A DNA stretch of 64,000 nt from an uncultured Phycisphaerales bacterium. Its GTDB lineage: Bacteria > Planctomycetota > Phycisphaerae > Tepidisphaerales > Tepidisphaeraceae. The stretch covers positions 2,048,001-2,112,000 of the forward strand of contig CAVWVQ010000003.1 in the NCBI GenBank assembly GCA_963758525.1, written 5' to 3'. Shown here one piece after another: positions 35,955 through 44,714 of the stretch (the first letter of the stretch is position 1; each line of letters starts with the position of its first letter). The translations under genes and the position numbers were made by a program. The notes beneath the pieces are model-generated. The model saw only the letters and a list, made by a program, of their open reading frames with translations, was not told the DNA's origin and ran no database searches.

Positions 35955-36079
35955 CTTGGGCGGTTGGTTCCGGCACGAGTCTGCGGCACGAGTCTCGCGA
36001 CGGGCGCGGTTTGGGCCTAAAATGGGAGGATGCGGGCCGAGTGCGGCGGAGAGGGATGAGCACTTCGTGAACTAAGCCT

Positions 36080-37762
36080 ATGCCTTCGGATCAATCAACG
36101 CGGGATCGGCGTTTTATCGCCCCGGTGCAATGCGACATCTGCGGGGTGTCGGCGCCGGGTCTGCGCCTGATTAAAGATGTGGCGGGGTCGGGATATTGCG
36201 ATTCGTGCTTTCGGCGGCTGCGGAGCGGAACCGAGGAGATTCCGGAAAGCGACGGGGTTCGATTTCGCTGTTCGACCTGCGGGACTCCAACGAAGCCGCG
36301 CGAGCTGCGGGAACTGGGCGAGCAGTTGATCTGCCGGAAATGCCTGGCGTCAACTTCGGGGGATAGTTCGGCGGGCTCGGTGGCGGGAATGTCGCTGGCG
36401 GGGGCACGGGCTGCCGCCACCGCCGCCAATGCGGCGGAGATCGTGGCGCATCTCGAGGGGCCGCTGCCAGGGAACATTCTTCAGAAGCTGACGTGCCCGC
36501 ATTGCTGGAATGTTTTTCCGCCAGATCAGATCCTGTGGATCTCGCAGCATGCGGAGTTGATGGGAGATCCGGTGCTGGGGGCCGAGGCGCCGGTGCGGTT
36601 TCGGCCCAGCCGGTTTAACGCGCGGGGCGAAGCGCTCGATGGGCGCGACGTGCCGTGCCAGCATCTGGCGTGTCCGCGATGTCATCTGGAGTTGCCGCGG
36701 GCCGTCATCGAGGCTGAGCCGCTGTTCATGTCGATCATTGGAGCGCCCGCCAGCGGGAAATCGCATTTGCTGGCGAGCATGACGTGGGCGCTGCGACGGC
36801 TGCTGCCGGAGAAATTCTCACTGGCGTTCAACGATGCGGACACGCTCTCGAATCACATTCTCGCGGGATATGAGCAGACGCTCTTTTTCGCGGACGACAC
36901 CGATCTGCCGGTGGCGATCCAAAAGACCGAGCTGCACGGCGAACTCTATGACGAAGTGCGCCTCGGCCAGCAGATCATCAGTCTTCCGCGGCCGTTCCTA
37001 TTTACGCTCCGCCACACAGGGCGTGCCATCGGGCAGACGGACGCGGCCCGAATGCGCGTCATCTGCCTGTACGACAACGCGGGCGAGCACTTTCATCCGG
37101 GGATGGACTCGCTGTCGTCACCCGGCACGCAGCACCTGGCCAAGTCGCGCGTGCTGCTGTTTCTGTTCGATCCGACGCAGAACCCGCGCTTCCGCGATCA
37201 TTGCCGAACCTTCAGCTTCGATCCGCAGCTCTACGGCGCATCCCGCACCGAGCGGCAGGAGACGATCCTCACCGAGTCGGCGCAGCGGGTTCGACGATAC
37301 GTCGGGCTCTCCCCACACAAGAAGCACGACCGGCCGCTGCTGGTGATCGTCTCCAAAGCGGATATCTGGGCTCCGCTGCTCAAGGCAAACATCGACACCG
37401 AGCCGCTGGTTTCGGTTGGTGACGGATCGTCGGCCGCGGTCGATCTGCCGCGCATCGAGGAGACGTCGCGCGAGCTGCGGTCGCTGCTCAAGACGTGGGC
37501 GCCGGAGTTCGTGGCGGCAGCGGAAGACTTCTGCAACACGGTGCTGTACGTTCCGGCAAGCGCACTGGGGCGCGGGCCGGAATTGAAGGAGGAGACGGGG
37601 CTGCTGACGATCCGCCCGCGCGACATCCATCCGAAGTGGGTGACGGTGCCGGTGCTGTATATGCTGGCGAAGTGGGCGTCTGGCGTGCTCCCGGCGGTGC
37701 GAGCGCCGCAGGCTGCGAAGGCAAAGGCGTCCGCGCCGGTTCCGTCGCAGCGGAAGCAGTAG
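36080..37762 (+). CDS. TRAFAC-clade GTPase (double-GTPase-like) with N-terminal Zn-ribbon CxxC pairs
   Basis: G1 GAPASGKS, G3 YDNAGEHF, G4 SKAD; six CxxC pairs including CPHCW and CPRCH. Confidence 0.8.
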   Translation: MPSDQSTRDRRFIAPVQCDICGVSAPGLRLIKDVAGSGYCDSCFRRLRSGTEEIPESDGVRFRCSTCGTPTKPRELRELGEQLICRKCLASTSGDSSAGSVAGMSLAGARAAATAANAAEIVAHLEGPLPGNILQKLTCPHCWNVFPPDQILWISQHAELMGDPVLGAEAPVRFRPSRFNARGEALDGRDVPCQHLACPRCHLELPRAVIEAEPLFMSIIGAPASGKSHLLASMTWALRRLLPEKFSLAFNDADTLSNHILAGYEQTLFFADDTDLPVAIQKTELHGELYDEVRLGQQIISLPRPFLFTLRHTGRAIGQTDAARMRVICLYDNAGEHFHPGMDSLSSPGTQHLAKSRVLLFLFDPTQNPRFRDHCRTFSFDPQLYGASRTERQETILTESAQRVRRYVGLSPHKKHDRPLLVIVSKADIWAPLLKANIDTEPLVSVGDGSSAAVDLPRIEETSRELRSLLKTWAPEFVAAAEDFCNTVLYVPASALGRGPELKEETGLLTIRPRDIHPKWVTVPVLYMLAKWASGVLPAVRAPQAAKAKASAPVPSQRKQ

Positions 37763-37793
37763 ATGCGGAGGAAAGAACCGCGGAAATCATACG

Positions 37794-38524
37794 ATGGCCT
37801 GGGAGCTTTATTACACGTCGGCGCGCGCGGCTTGCGAATCGGGAGCAGGGGGTTCTGCACCGTGGCGCGGACGGAAGGGATGCCGTTGGCGACAGCCGAT
37901 CGGCTTGAATCGCTCAGCGGATATCAGCCGGCCGCGGCGCACGCCAGCAATCCGGCGGGCGCGCCGGCGTTGCTTGCCCATTGGCGTCTTGCGACCCTGG
38001 GACGGCCGCGCAGCGTGCTTTCGCGCGTTGCAATGGGGGGCTCGGATTATTCGGGGCGGCTCAACAAGTTCGCGTATCACTTGATGCTCGAGACTGCCGA
38101 GCAGGCGGCCGCGGGACCGGCGTGGATGCTGGCGCAGCCGGGGATCATGAAGACAACGTGGGAAGGAGAACCGCGCGTGCTACCCCCCTTGAGGTTGTCG
38201 ATTTCCGCCGGGAGCGACGGGTTATCGGACCAGGCGGCGGGCAATTGTCATGCGCGCGTCTTAGCCGATGCATTTGTGGCGGACGCGACAAAATCCGCCT
38301 GCGTCGTCTATCCGCCCGGCGTCGACCCATTGCCGTTGCTGGCGGACGCGCTGGCGCTGTTGGACGCGCGGCTGCGCTGGCAGGTGACCTTCAGCACGTG
38401 CTTCAGCGAGCTGTCGGCGGGGCTGAGTTGCAACTGGCGTTGCATGCCCGCGGGAACCCCCGCCGCGGCTGATGCGGCGCGTCATGCCACCAGCGGTGTG
38501 GTGATCGATCTGACTGCGCACTGA
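37794..38524 (+). CDS. GTPase-associated protein 1 N-terminal type-2 (GAP1-N2)-like protein; frameshift near 37825
   Basis: MAWELYYTSA (ORF 37794) joins RGLRIGSRGFCTVARTEGMP...LESLSGY...DYSGRLNKFAYH...RWQVTFST (ORF 37763). Confidence 0.7.
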
Positions 38525-38526
38525 AC

Positions 38527-39546
38527 ATGGTGGATTACAAGGAGATTCCCGAGCTCATCCGCGCCTTCCTGGCCGCCAGCGACTCCGCGGGCCAGCGGGG
38601 GTGGAACGATGAAACCGCTGACCTGGCGGCGTCCTATATCACGCTGGTCAAGGAAGCCAACGACCGGCTGCGGCGCTGCGCCGAATACCTGCAGCGCGGG
38701 ATGCGATCCGAGGCGATTCACCTGGCGGAATGTCAGCCGAGATTGCTCGAACTGGCCGAGGCGCTGCGTCTTCCCGACCCGGCGGTGTGGACGCGCGCCT
38801 GCATGGCGCACGGGCTTCCCCCGCCCCCGGAGTTACTGACCGATGGATTGGACAAGATCGAGGAAGCATTCGGCATCGAGCGCGCCCTCGAGCCGCTGCT
38901 GGCGCGGCATCGGCTGCTGGCGCTGGCGCAGTCGCCTGTGAAAAACCGCCAGGAAGTGCTCCGGGCGGTCTTCGAGCAGGATCCGGAAAATCCGAGTTGG
39001 GACGAAGGGCTGCGCCTGCTAGACGTCGCGCGGTTCAAGGAGCTGCGCGCCGAGGCCAAGGTCGCGTTTAACGCGCATGACCGCGCGGCATTGGAGCGGC
39101 TGGTCGATGAGTTGGAAACGCACCCCCCGCGCGCGGCGGTGCCGGATGATTTGCGGGACGGATTGAACAAGGCGTTGAACTCCGTACGGCTCGAAGCGGC
39201 GCGGAAGCTGCTGTTGCCGCTGCTTGGCGAGCTCGACGCGGCGCGGGCGGCGGGAAATTACGAGGTGGCGACGGAGTTGCTGGGCCGATGGCAGCAAACC
39301 GTGGACGCGGCGAAGGTGGTTTTGCCGCCTGAGCTTCAACAGAAGGTGCGACCGACAATCGTGTGGCTCGCGTCGGAAAGTCATCGACAGGGTGTCGAGC
39401 GAAAGCGCCAAATGATTCAGCCGATCATTCAGACGGGCCAGCGTGACATCAAATCGGTGCAGCGCAATCGCAACCTGCTGATCGGCGGGATCGGCGCTGC
39501 CGCGGCACTCGTTGGCTGGGGCCTCGTACACCTGTTGCGTCATTGA
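38527..39546 (+). CDS. Alpha-helical protein with C-terminal TM anchor, GTPase-operon associated
   Basis: Starts 2 nt after the previous stop; NDRLRRCAEYLQRGMRSEAIHLAE; C-terminal LLIGGIGAAAALVGWGLV. Confidence 0.7.
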   Translation: MVDYKEIPELIRAFLAASDSAGQRGWNDETADLAASYITLVKEANDRLRRCAEYLQRGMRSEAIHLAECQPRLLELAEALRLPDPAVWTRACMAHGLPPPPELLTDGLDKIEEAFGIERALEPLLARHRLLALAQSPVKNRQEVLRAVFEQDPENPSWDEGLRLLDVARFKELRAEAKVAFNAHDRAALERLVDELETHPPRAAVPDDLRDGLNKALNSVRLEAARKLLLPLLGELDAARAAGNYEVATELLGRWQQTVDAAKVVLPPELQQKVRPTIVWLASESHRQGVERKRQMIQPIIQTGQRDIKSVQRNRNLLIGGIGAAAALVGWGLVHLLRH

Positions 39547-39643
39547 GGACGAGGCGCTGGCTGCGCCCGCAACCCAAAGCAAAGAATCTGACCGCGGATG
39601 AACGCAGGGAAAGAGATTGAACCGCTGATAAACGCCGATGAAC

Positions 39644-39903
39644 CCAGCGCTGCCTCGCTTCGCTCGGCCGCAACCAAACGAAGAGCCGCGAAGACGCGAA
39701 GACGCGAAGAGAGACGCGAAGGTAAGAAAATCAAAAATGCGGGATCGAAGCCCAAGGAATTGTGCCTTCGGGTTTCAGGTGCAATTGAATTGTCTTCCTT
39801 CGCGTTTGTCTTCGCGTCTTCGCGTCTTCGCGGCTCTTGATCTTTTGGCTGATCGCCTGCCCGGGAAAATTTGCGCAGCGCGCGAAGATCTCAATGGGTT
39901 GTG
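39644..39903. mobile_element. 260-bp non-coding insertion (cgcgaag-hairpin element) copy 1
   Basis: Splits the downstream IR as gatgaAC[260 bp]ACgcagatt; near-identical inverted copy at 47629-47887. Confidence 0.8.
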
Positions 39904-39914
39904 ACGCAGATTGG

Positions 39915-40298
39915 TCAGAGACTTCGTACGATTCGTTTAATGTCCACTTGTGGTTTCCCGAAGTTAATCAAGAGGCAAATGTGAAGGCCGGTCGCCTTGA
40001 GATAGTTGATGCATTGTGCCATGTGGATCTCGTCGAATGACTTCACTACCTTGAGTTCCACGATGACACATCCTTCAACCAACAGGTCCGCGTAATAATC
40101 GCCTGCTACCTCGCCGCGCCACAGGACTGGTATCGGATGCTGCTGCGAAACCGCGAGGCCCACATGACGCCGCTCGATGCGTAAAGCGTTCTCATAGACT
40201 TTCTCCAGGAACCCACTTCCCAGCCCATTGGCAACATCGTATGCGCAACCGATGATCTTCTCAGTGATTTCATTCAATCTGCGTTCATTTGCGTTCAT
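39915..40298 (-). CDS. GxxExxY protein (PD-(D/E)XK nuclease-like)
   Basis: GSGFLEKVYENAL, YADLLVEGCVIVELK, AQCINYLKATG and LLINFG; RBS aagaaaggga. Confidence 0.92.
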   Translation of the reverse strand: MNANERRLNEITEKIIGCAYDVANGLGSGFLEKVYENALRIERRHVGLAVSQQHPIPVLWRGEVAGDYYADLLVEGCVIVELKVVKSFDEIHMAQCINYLKATGLHICLLINFGKPQVDIKRIVRSL

Positions 40299-40572
40299 CT
40301 GCGGTTCCCTTTCTTCTGTTTGGCAAAGCAGTCACACCAGCAGCGGCGTCGCCGACAGCATCGTGAAGAAGTGACGACGAATGCTTGGAGTTTAACGTAG
40401 AGAAGGGAGAGGTTGAACCGCGGATAAATGCCCTGAGGGCTGCCCCCAACGCAAGGCACGAAGGGAGGAAGGAGGGTGCTTGTTAAGAAAACAAGATGTG
40501 ACAATCTTGCTATGCGGGGCAACGACGCAGTATTTCCAGTCGTCCGGCGCCGCCCATTGCCGTGGAAGCGGA

Positions 40573-41895
40573 TCACGCCAGAAGCTGATCGTAGACCTTC
40601 TGGACCTTTTCGACGGTGTGTGCGATGGTGAATTGCTCGCCGACCCGCAGGCGTCCGCGCTCTCCCATCTGCGCCGCCGCCTGCGGGTCGGAGAGCATCT
40701 GACAGATCGCTTCGGCCATCGCCACGGGATCGCCCATCGGAACCAGCAGACCGGTTTCCCCATGCACGACGATTTCGGGAACGCCGCCGCCGTTGGTCGC
40801 CACGACAGGCTTCCCCAGCGACATCGCCTCGATTAATACTTGTCCGAATGGCTCGCCGGTGGTCGAGGCATGAACCAGCAGATCGATGCCCGCCATGTAT
40901 TGCTGAATGTTGCCGCGGAATCCCAGGAAGTCCACGTAGTCCTGCGTGCCGAGCTGGATCGCAAGCTCGCGGACTTCGGTCTCGTATTCTTTTTCATCGA
41001 AGAGCGCCGCGCCGACGATCTGAAACCGCGCCTCGGGAAACCGCCGGTGCGTCCACGCCGCCGCCTGCAGGAAAATGTGCTGACCCTTCCATCGCGTGAT
41101 GCGGCCCACCAGCGCCACGCAAGGGCCCCCGCAGCGCGTCACAGGGCCCTGTTCTTCGGTTGTGGTGCCGGTCCCGGAATCTGGCGCGGTAACGGTTCCG
41201 TCATGCACGACGCGCACGCCCGTGCGCGCGCCGATCGTGTCCCCATCATGCTCGTCCAGGCTGCGGGAGGACTCGATTGCGATGCCCGAGGGAATCGCCG
41301 CCGAACTCTGGGACCGGCGGCGGAGGGTGTTGAGCGTTGCACCGGAATTGGCGATGACCCACGTTGGGATAAACTTGGTCAGCACGCGAAACGCGTAGAC
41401 AACGGGGCTGGGCAGATAGTCGGAGTCGATGCGATCGCGAACGTGCCAGATCACCACCTTGCGGCAAAACCGCGCCGCCAAACCGCCGATGATGTCGGAT
41501 TTGAGAGAATTGGTGTGAACCAGGTCGACGTTCAGCCGGCGGATCCGCCGCGTGACTCCAAACACCGCGAGCAGCGTCTGATGAACTTCGCGAAGCCGCA
41601 GGAGTGACCGGACGCCCAGAGTATCCTTGCGCGCGTGCAGAACGCTGCCGGCAATCGAATAGAGATGCGTCTCGATCCCTGCGTCTTCCAGCTTGACGCG
41701 CAGCGGCCCGTCCTGCAGGAGAAGCACAACCGGGACGTACCGGCTCGTGTCGAGATTCTTGACGAGATTCAGCAGCGCGATTTCGCCGCCTCCCAGCGCG
41801 GCGGTGTGATCGATGTACAGCACGCGCCGGGGCGCGATCGCGTCCGCGACAGGCAACTCCGTTATTCCATCGATCGTTTGCGTCACGCTGCTCAC
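40573..41895 (-). CDS. GT4 glycosyltransferase
   Basis: GGGEIALL, VGRITRWKGQ and EPFGQVLIEAMSLGKPVV. Confidence 0.9.
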   Translation of the reverse strand: MSSVTQTIDGITELPVADAIAPRRVLYIDHTAALGGGEIALLNLVKNLDTSRYVPVVLLLQDGPLRVKLEDAGIETHLYSIAGSVLHARKDTLGVRSLLRLREVHQTLLAVFGVTRRIRRLNVDLVHTNSLKSDIIGGLAARFCRKVVIWHVRDRIDSDYLPSPVVYAFRVLTKFIPTWVIANSGATLNTLRRRSQSSAAIPSGIAIESSRSLDEHDGDTIGARTGVRVVHDGTVTAPDSGTGTTTEEQGPVTRCGGPCVALVGRITRWKGQHIFLQAAAWTHRRFPEARFQIVGAALFDEKEYETEVRELAIQLGTQDYVDFLGFRGNIQQYMAGIDLLVHASTTGEPFGQVLIEAMSLGKPVVATNGGGVPEIVVHGETGLLVPMGDPVAMAEAICQMLSDPQAAAQMGERGRLRVGEQFTIAHTVEKVQKVYDQLLA

Positions 41896-41973
41896 TAAAT
41901 CCGCGGGATTTGCCGCGCACCGTTAAACTACACGAAAGCCGACAGCCGGCGGCCGTTACCGCTCCGATCGCGT

Positions 41974-43014
41974 TTACTGGGGAAAATCCTTGTCCATCCA
42001 AATGCTGGCCAAATCACCGCTGGGGCCGTCGCCCGGCAAAGCGATGGTACCGCCGCTCTTCAAGATTGCGACGTTGTCGACATGCCCGTCGGCAAACAGC
42101 ACATTCATCCGTCCTCGATGCCGGATCAGATCAAAATTGATTGGGCCCGAGGTATTGAACCCGCCGGCATCAGACCCATGGTATACGTCGGCCATCGTGT
42201 CTGGCGCCGATGTGCAAAACATGTCAAACCGCTGCCATGCCCCAATACTCCCGTCGCCCTGCCCGTCGCAGAGAAGCATGGTCCGGCTCGGATTGCCGAT
42301 GGCGGGTATAAAGCCGGCGGCCCGGGCATGTCTGATGTCATACCGGGTATTATTCGGCCCGAATCCAAGTGCATCGTTGTTGTCACAATAGCTTGAATAG
42401 CCGGTCAAGTGAGTGTTGAAAGCGGCTCCATCCTCGATGATGCTGCCGAACGATGAAGGGGCGCACTCCGCGATGTTTTGATCGGAGGGGCATGAGAACA
42501 TGGCCTGCAACGGCCCGACGGCGATGTCGGCCTCCACCGTAAAATAGTAGTCGGAGCGGCAGGGCATCCCCAGATACGGCGCCAGTGCGGCGGGCAGCGC
42601 CGTTGGCCGAAGACCGCCCCAATCCGCGAGGTAGTCGTATTTTTGCATTGCCGCATCGGCGAGGTTTTCCGGGGTGTCCTGGGAAGTCCCGGTCGGGCCG
42701 GCGTACTGAGCGCCCACCAGCGGGAAATATTGGTGGTGTTCATTGGCGTGCAACATCATCGCCTGCCCGATCGAGCGAAGGTTGACCTCGCATTTCAGCG
42801 AATTGGCCGCCTCCCGCGTGCGGGCGAGAACCGGCAGCAGAATCGACAGCAACAGGGCGATGATGGCGATCACCACCAGCAGTTCCAGGAGCGCAAAGCC
42901 AGCGCGCAACTCACGGAACCGGGTTGTGCATCGGTAGCGCATGCAAATGGGGAGAACAAACCTTCGATCTACGTCACTACGGCTCAATAGAAGTGAAGTT
43001 CCACTAATCCTCAA
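41974..43014 (-). CDS. Prepilin/H-X9-DG (DUF1559-type) protein (start may be downstream, ~42942)
   Basis: GFALLELLVVIAIIALLLSILLPVL and RHRGRMNVLFADGHVD; close paralogue of 11391..12354. Confidence 0.88.
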   Translation of the reverse strand: MRISGTSLLLSRSDVDRRFVLPICMRYRCTTRFRELRAGFALLELLVVIAIIALLLSILLPVLARTREAANSLKCEVNLRSIGQAMMLHANEHHQYFPLVGAQYAGPTGTSQDTPENLADAAMQKYDYLADWGGLRPTALPAALAPYLGMPCRSDYYFTVEADIAVGPLQAMFSCPSDQNIAECAPSSFGSIIEDGAAFNTHLTGYSSYCDNNDALGFGPNNTRYDIRHARAAGFIPAIGNPSRTMLLCDGQGDGSIGAWQRFDMFCTSAPDTMADVYHGSDAGGFNTSGPINFDLIRHRGRMNVLFADGHVDNVAILKSGGTIALPGDGPSGDLASIWMDKDFPQ

Positions 43015-43161
43015 GATATCGGATCCGATTGCAATTAGAAAAGCGTTTTGTCAATATTAGGTTAAGCTCACGCCCACGGCCCATTGGAATTGGGACACTA
43101 CTACTTGTGAAAGAGGCACTTGCGCAGATTCACGGTCTTCCCGCCCGGCTGGCGGAGATTT

Positions 43162-44367
43162 CTAAGGCGTATGATCGCCCTTTGCCGCTCGCAAGGGAGT
43201 TGGTCCGAGCAATTCGCGGATCGCTGATACCAGGTTTTCCGCATACCGCTCAACGGAGAAGTCGAGCGCCCTCCGTCGCGCCGCCTGGCCCATCGACCTG
43301 CCCGTTGCAGGGTCGCGCAGATATCGAAGCACAGCGTCGGCCAACGCTGCGGAATCGCCGAAGGGCGTCAGGAAACCATCGACACCCGGCGTAATGATCT
43401 CGGCGGGGCCAAATCCGGAACCGGCGACAATCGGCTTCGCCATCGCCATCCCCTCGATGACGACCAGGCCGAACGGTTCGTTGTCTGAGGCGTGCACGAA
43501 AACATCCATCGCCGAGATCCACTCCGGTATATTGCGCTGCAATCCCGCCATCGTGACCACGTTACTGAGATTCAGCGCATCGATCCGCTGCTGAAGAAAC
43601 GCGGGATAATCCGGTTCGAGATCGTGAACGCCTCCCACGACGACGCAGCGGGCGGCGGGAAATTCCTGCAGGATCGCGGGCATCGCATTGATGAGCACGT
43701 GGATCCCCTTCCACGTCTGCAGACGGCCGACGATTCCGACGATCGGCACGGCAAGCGGCAGACCGAGTTCGCGCCGAGCGTCGTCCTTCGCTGCAACACG
43801 CTCGGGATCAAAGCGGGAAACCTCCACGCCCAGATGCACCGCTCTGACCTGCCTGGCGGGATTGAGAGCCGTCTGGGCCGCGGCAGTGGCGTGCGAGCAT
43901 GCGAGGATGCCCCGGGCGGGAATGGCTGTTGCGCAGCGGTCGAGCCATCCGCGCGGGTCTGGCAGCCCAAGCTGGAACCACATCGCAGGAACCCGGGCCA
44001 ACATTCCCGCGGGACCGCCATAGAGATGCGCCTTGGTCATCCAACTGAACACCAGGTCGAATTTTTCGCGGGAGAGGATTCGAGCGATCTTCAGCACCGC
44101 GGCGAGCATGTGATGGGGTTGGCGAAGACGTCCGGCCGGCACCACCCGCGACTGCACGCCGCACGCAGCGGCGTCAGCGACCATCGGGCCGTCTTCCAGA
44201 AATATCACCGACCACCGGACGCCAAGGCCCTGGCCCGATTTCAACAACTGAAGCAACGCGACTTCCGACCCGCCGCGTTGCTCGGCAAGCGGCATGATGA
44301 TCAGCACCTTGAGATCGCGACCGCCAGATTCCATCAACTCGGCGCCGTACGGCCTTTCTGCATCCAT
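43162..44367 (-). CDS. GT4 glycosyltransferase
   Basis: GGSEVALL, VGRLQTWKG and EPFGLVVIEGMAMAKPIV. Confidence 0.9.
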   Translation of the reverse strand: MDAERPYGAELMESGGRDLKVLIIMPLAEQRGGSEVALLQLLKSGQGLGVRWSVIFLEDGPMVADAAACGVQSRVVPAGRLRQPHHMLAAVLKIARILSREKFDLVFSWMTKAHLYGGPAGMLARVPAMWFQLGLPDPRGWLDRCATAIPARGILACSHATAAAQTALNPARQVRAVHLGVEVSRFDPERVAAKDDARRELGLPLAVPIVGIVGRLQTWKGIHVLINAMPAILQEFPAARCVVVGGVHDLEPDYPAFLQQRIDALNLSNVVTMAGLQRNIPEWISAMDVFVHASDNEPFGLVVIEGMAMAKPIVAGSGFGPAEIITPGVDGFLTPFGDSAALADAVLRYLRDPATGRSMGQAARRRALDFSVERYAENLVSAIRELLGPTPLRAAKGDHTP

Positions 44368-44466
44368 CTGCCACTCCCGCCGTGCCCGCCTGAAGGCCTG
44401 TTCAGATCCTGCGCAGTCAGAAATTATTTTGACTCCGCTGCGGCGGCTCGTCCGAAGCGGAAGCCC

Positions 44467-44672
44467 AGATCGAAGTCATAGAGCCGACGAATCCTCGGGT
44501 CAACACGTGCCCGACCGTCTCTGCGCCGCCCCCTCTCCAGGTATTTTCGGGAGATCGAAGTCATAGAGCCGAGAAATCCTCCGGTCAATGCGGTGCATGA
44601 CCATCTCTGCACGCTGCCCCCTCTCCCGGCATTTCCGGGAGAGGGCTGGGGTGAGGCTGATTTCGAACGTAG
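44467..44672. repeat. ~85-bp imperfect tandem duplication ending in ccctctccc-family palindrome (copy 2)
   Basis: agatcgaagtcatagagccga at 44467 and 44552, with similarity continuing through ccccctctcc..g..attt.cgggaga. Confidence 0.75.
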
Positions 44673-44714
44673 GGGATCTCTTGGTATTCGCAGGCTCAAA
44701 GCCCGCACGACAAC

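Larger units (their letters stand above)
39554..40432 (-). mobile_element. Full-length GxxExxY element (leader + inverted repeats + ORF + tail), with nested insertion
   Basis: Shares both outer boundaries (gcgctggc..cccgcaacccaaa and gagaagggagaggtt) with the copy at 47369-48009. Confidence 0.75.

Noticed and set aside
37794..37830. Programmed ribosomal frameshift in the GAP1-like gene
   Set aside because: No slippery heptamer; the break is in a gcgcgcgc run and fits the window-wide indel error pattern
39449..39904. Short ORFs within the 260-bp insert (also 47562..47926)
   Set aside because: Low-complexity translations of gacgcgaa repeats, and their starts or stops mostly fall outside the insert boundaries
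44467..44645. Two-repeat mini-CRISPR (37-bp repeat)
   Set aside because: Similarity continues through the supposed spacer, so it is an ~85-bp tandem duplication
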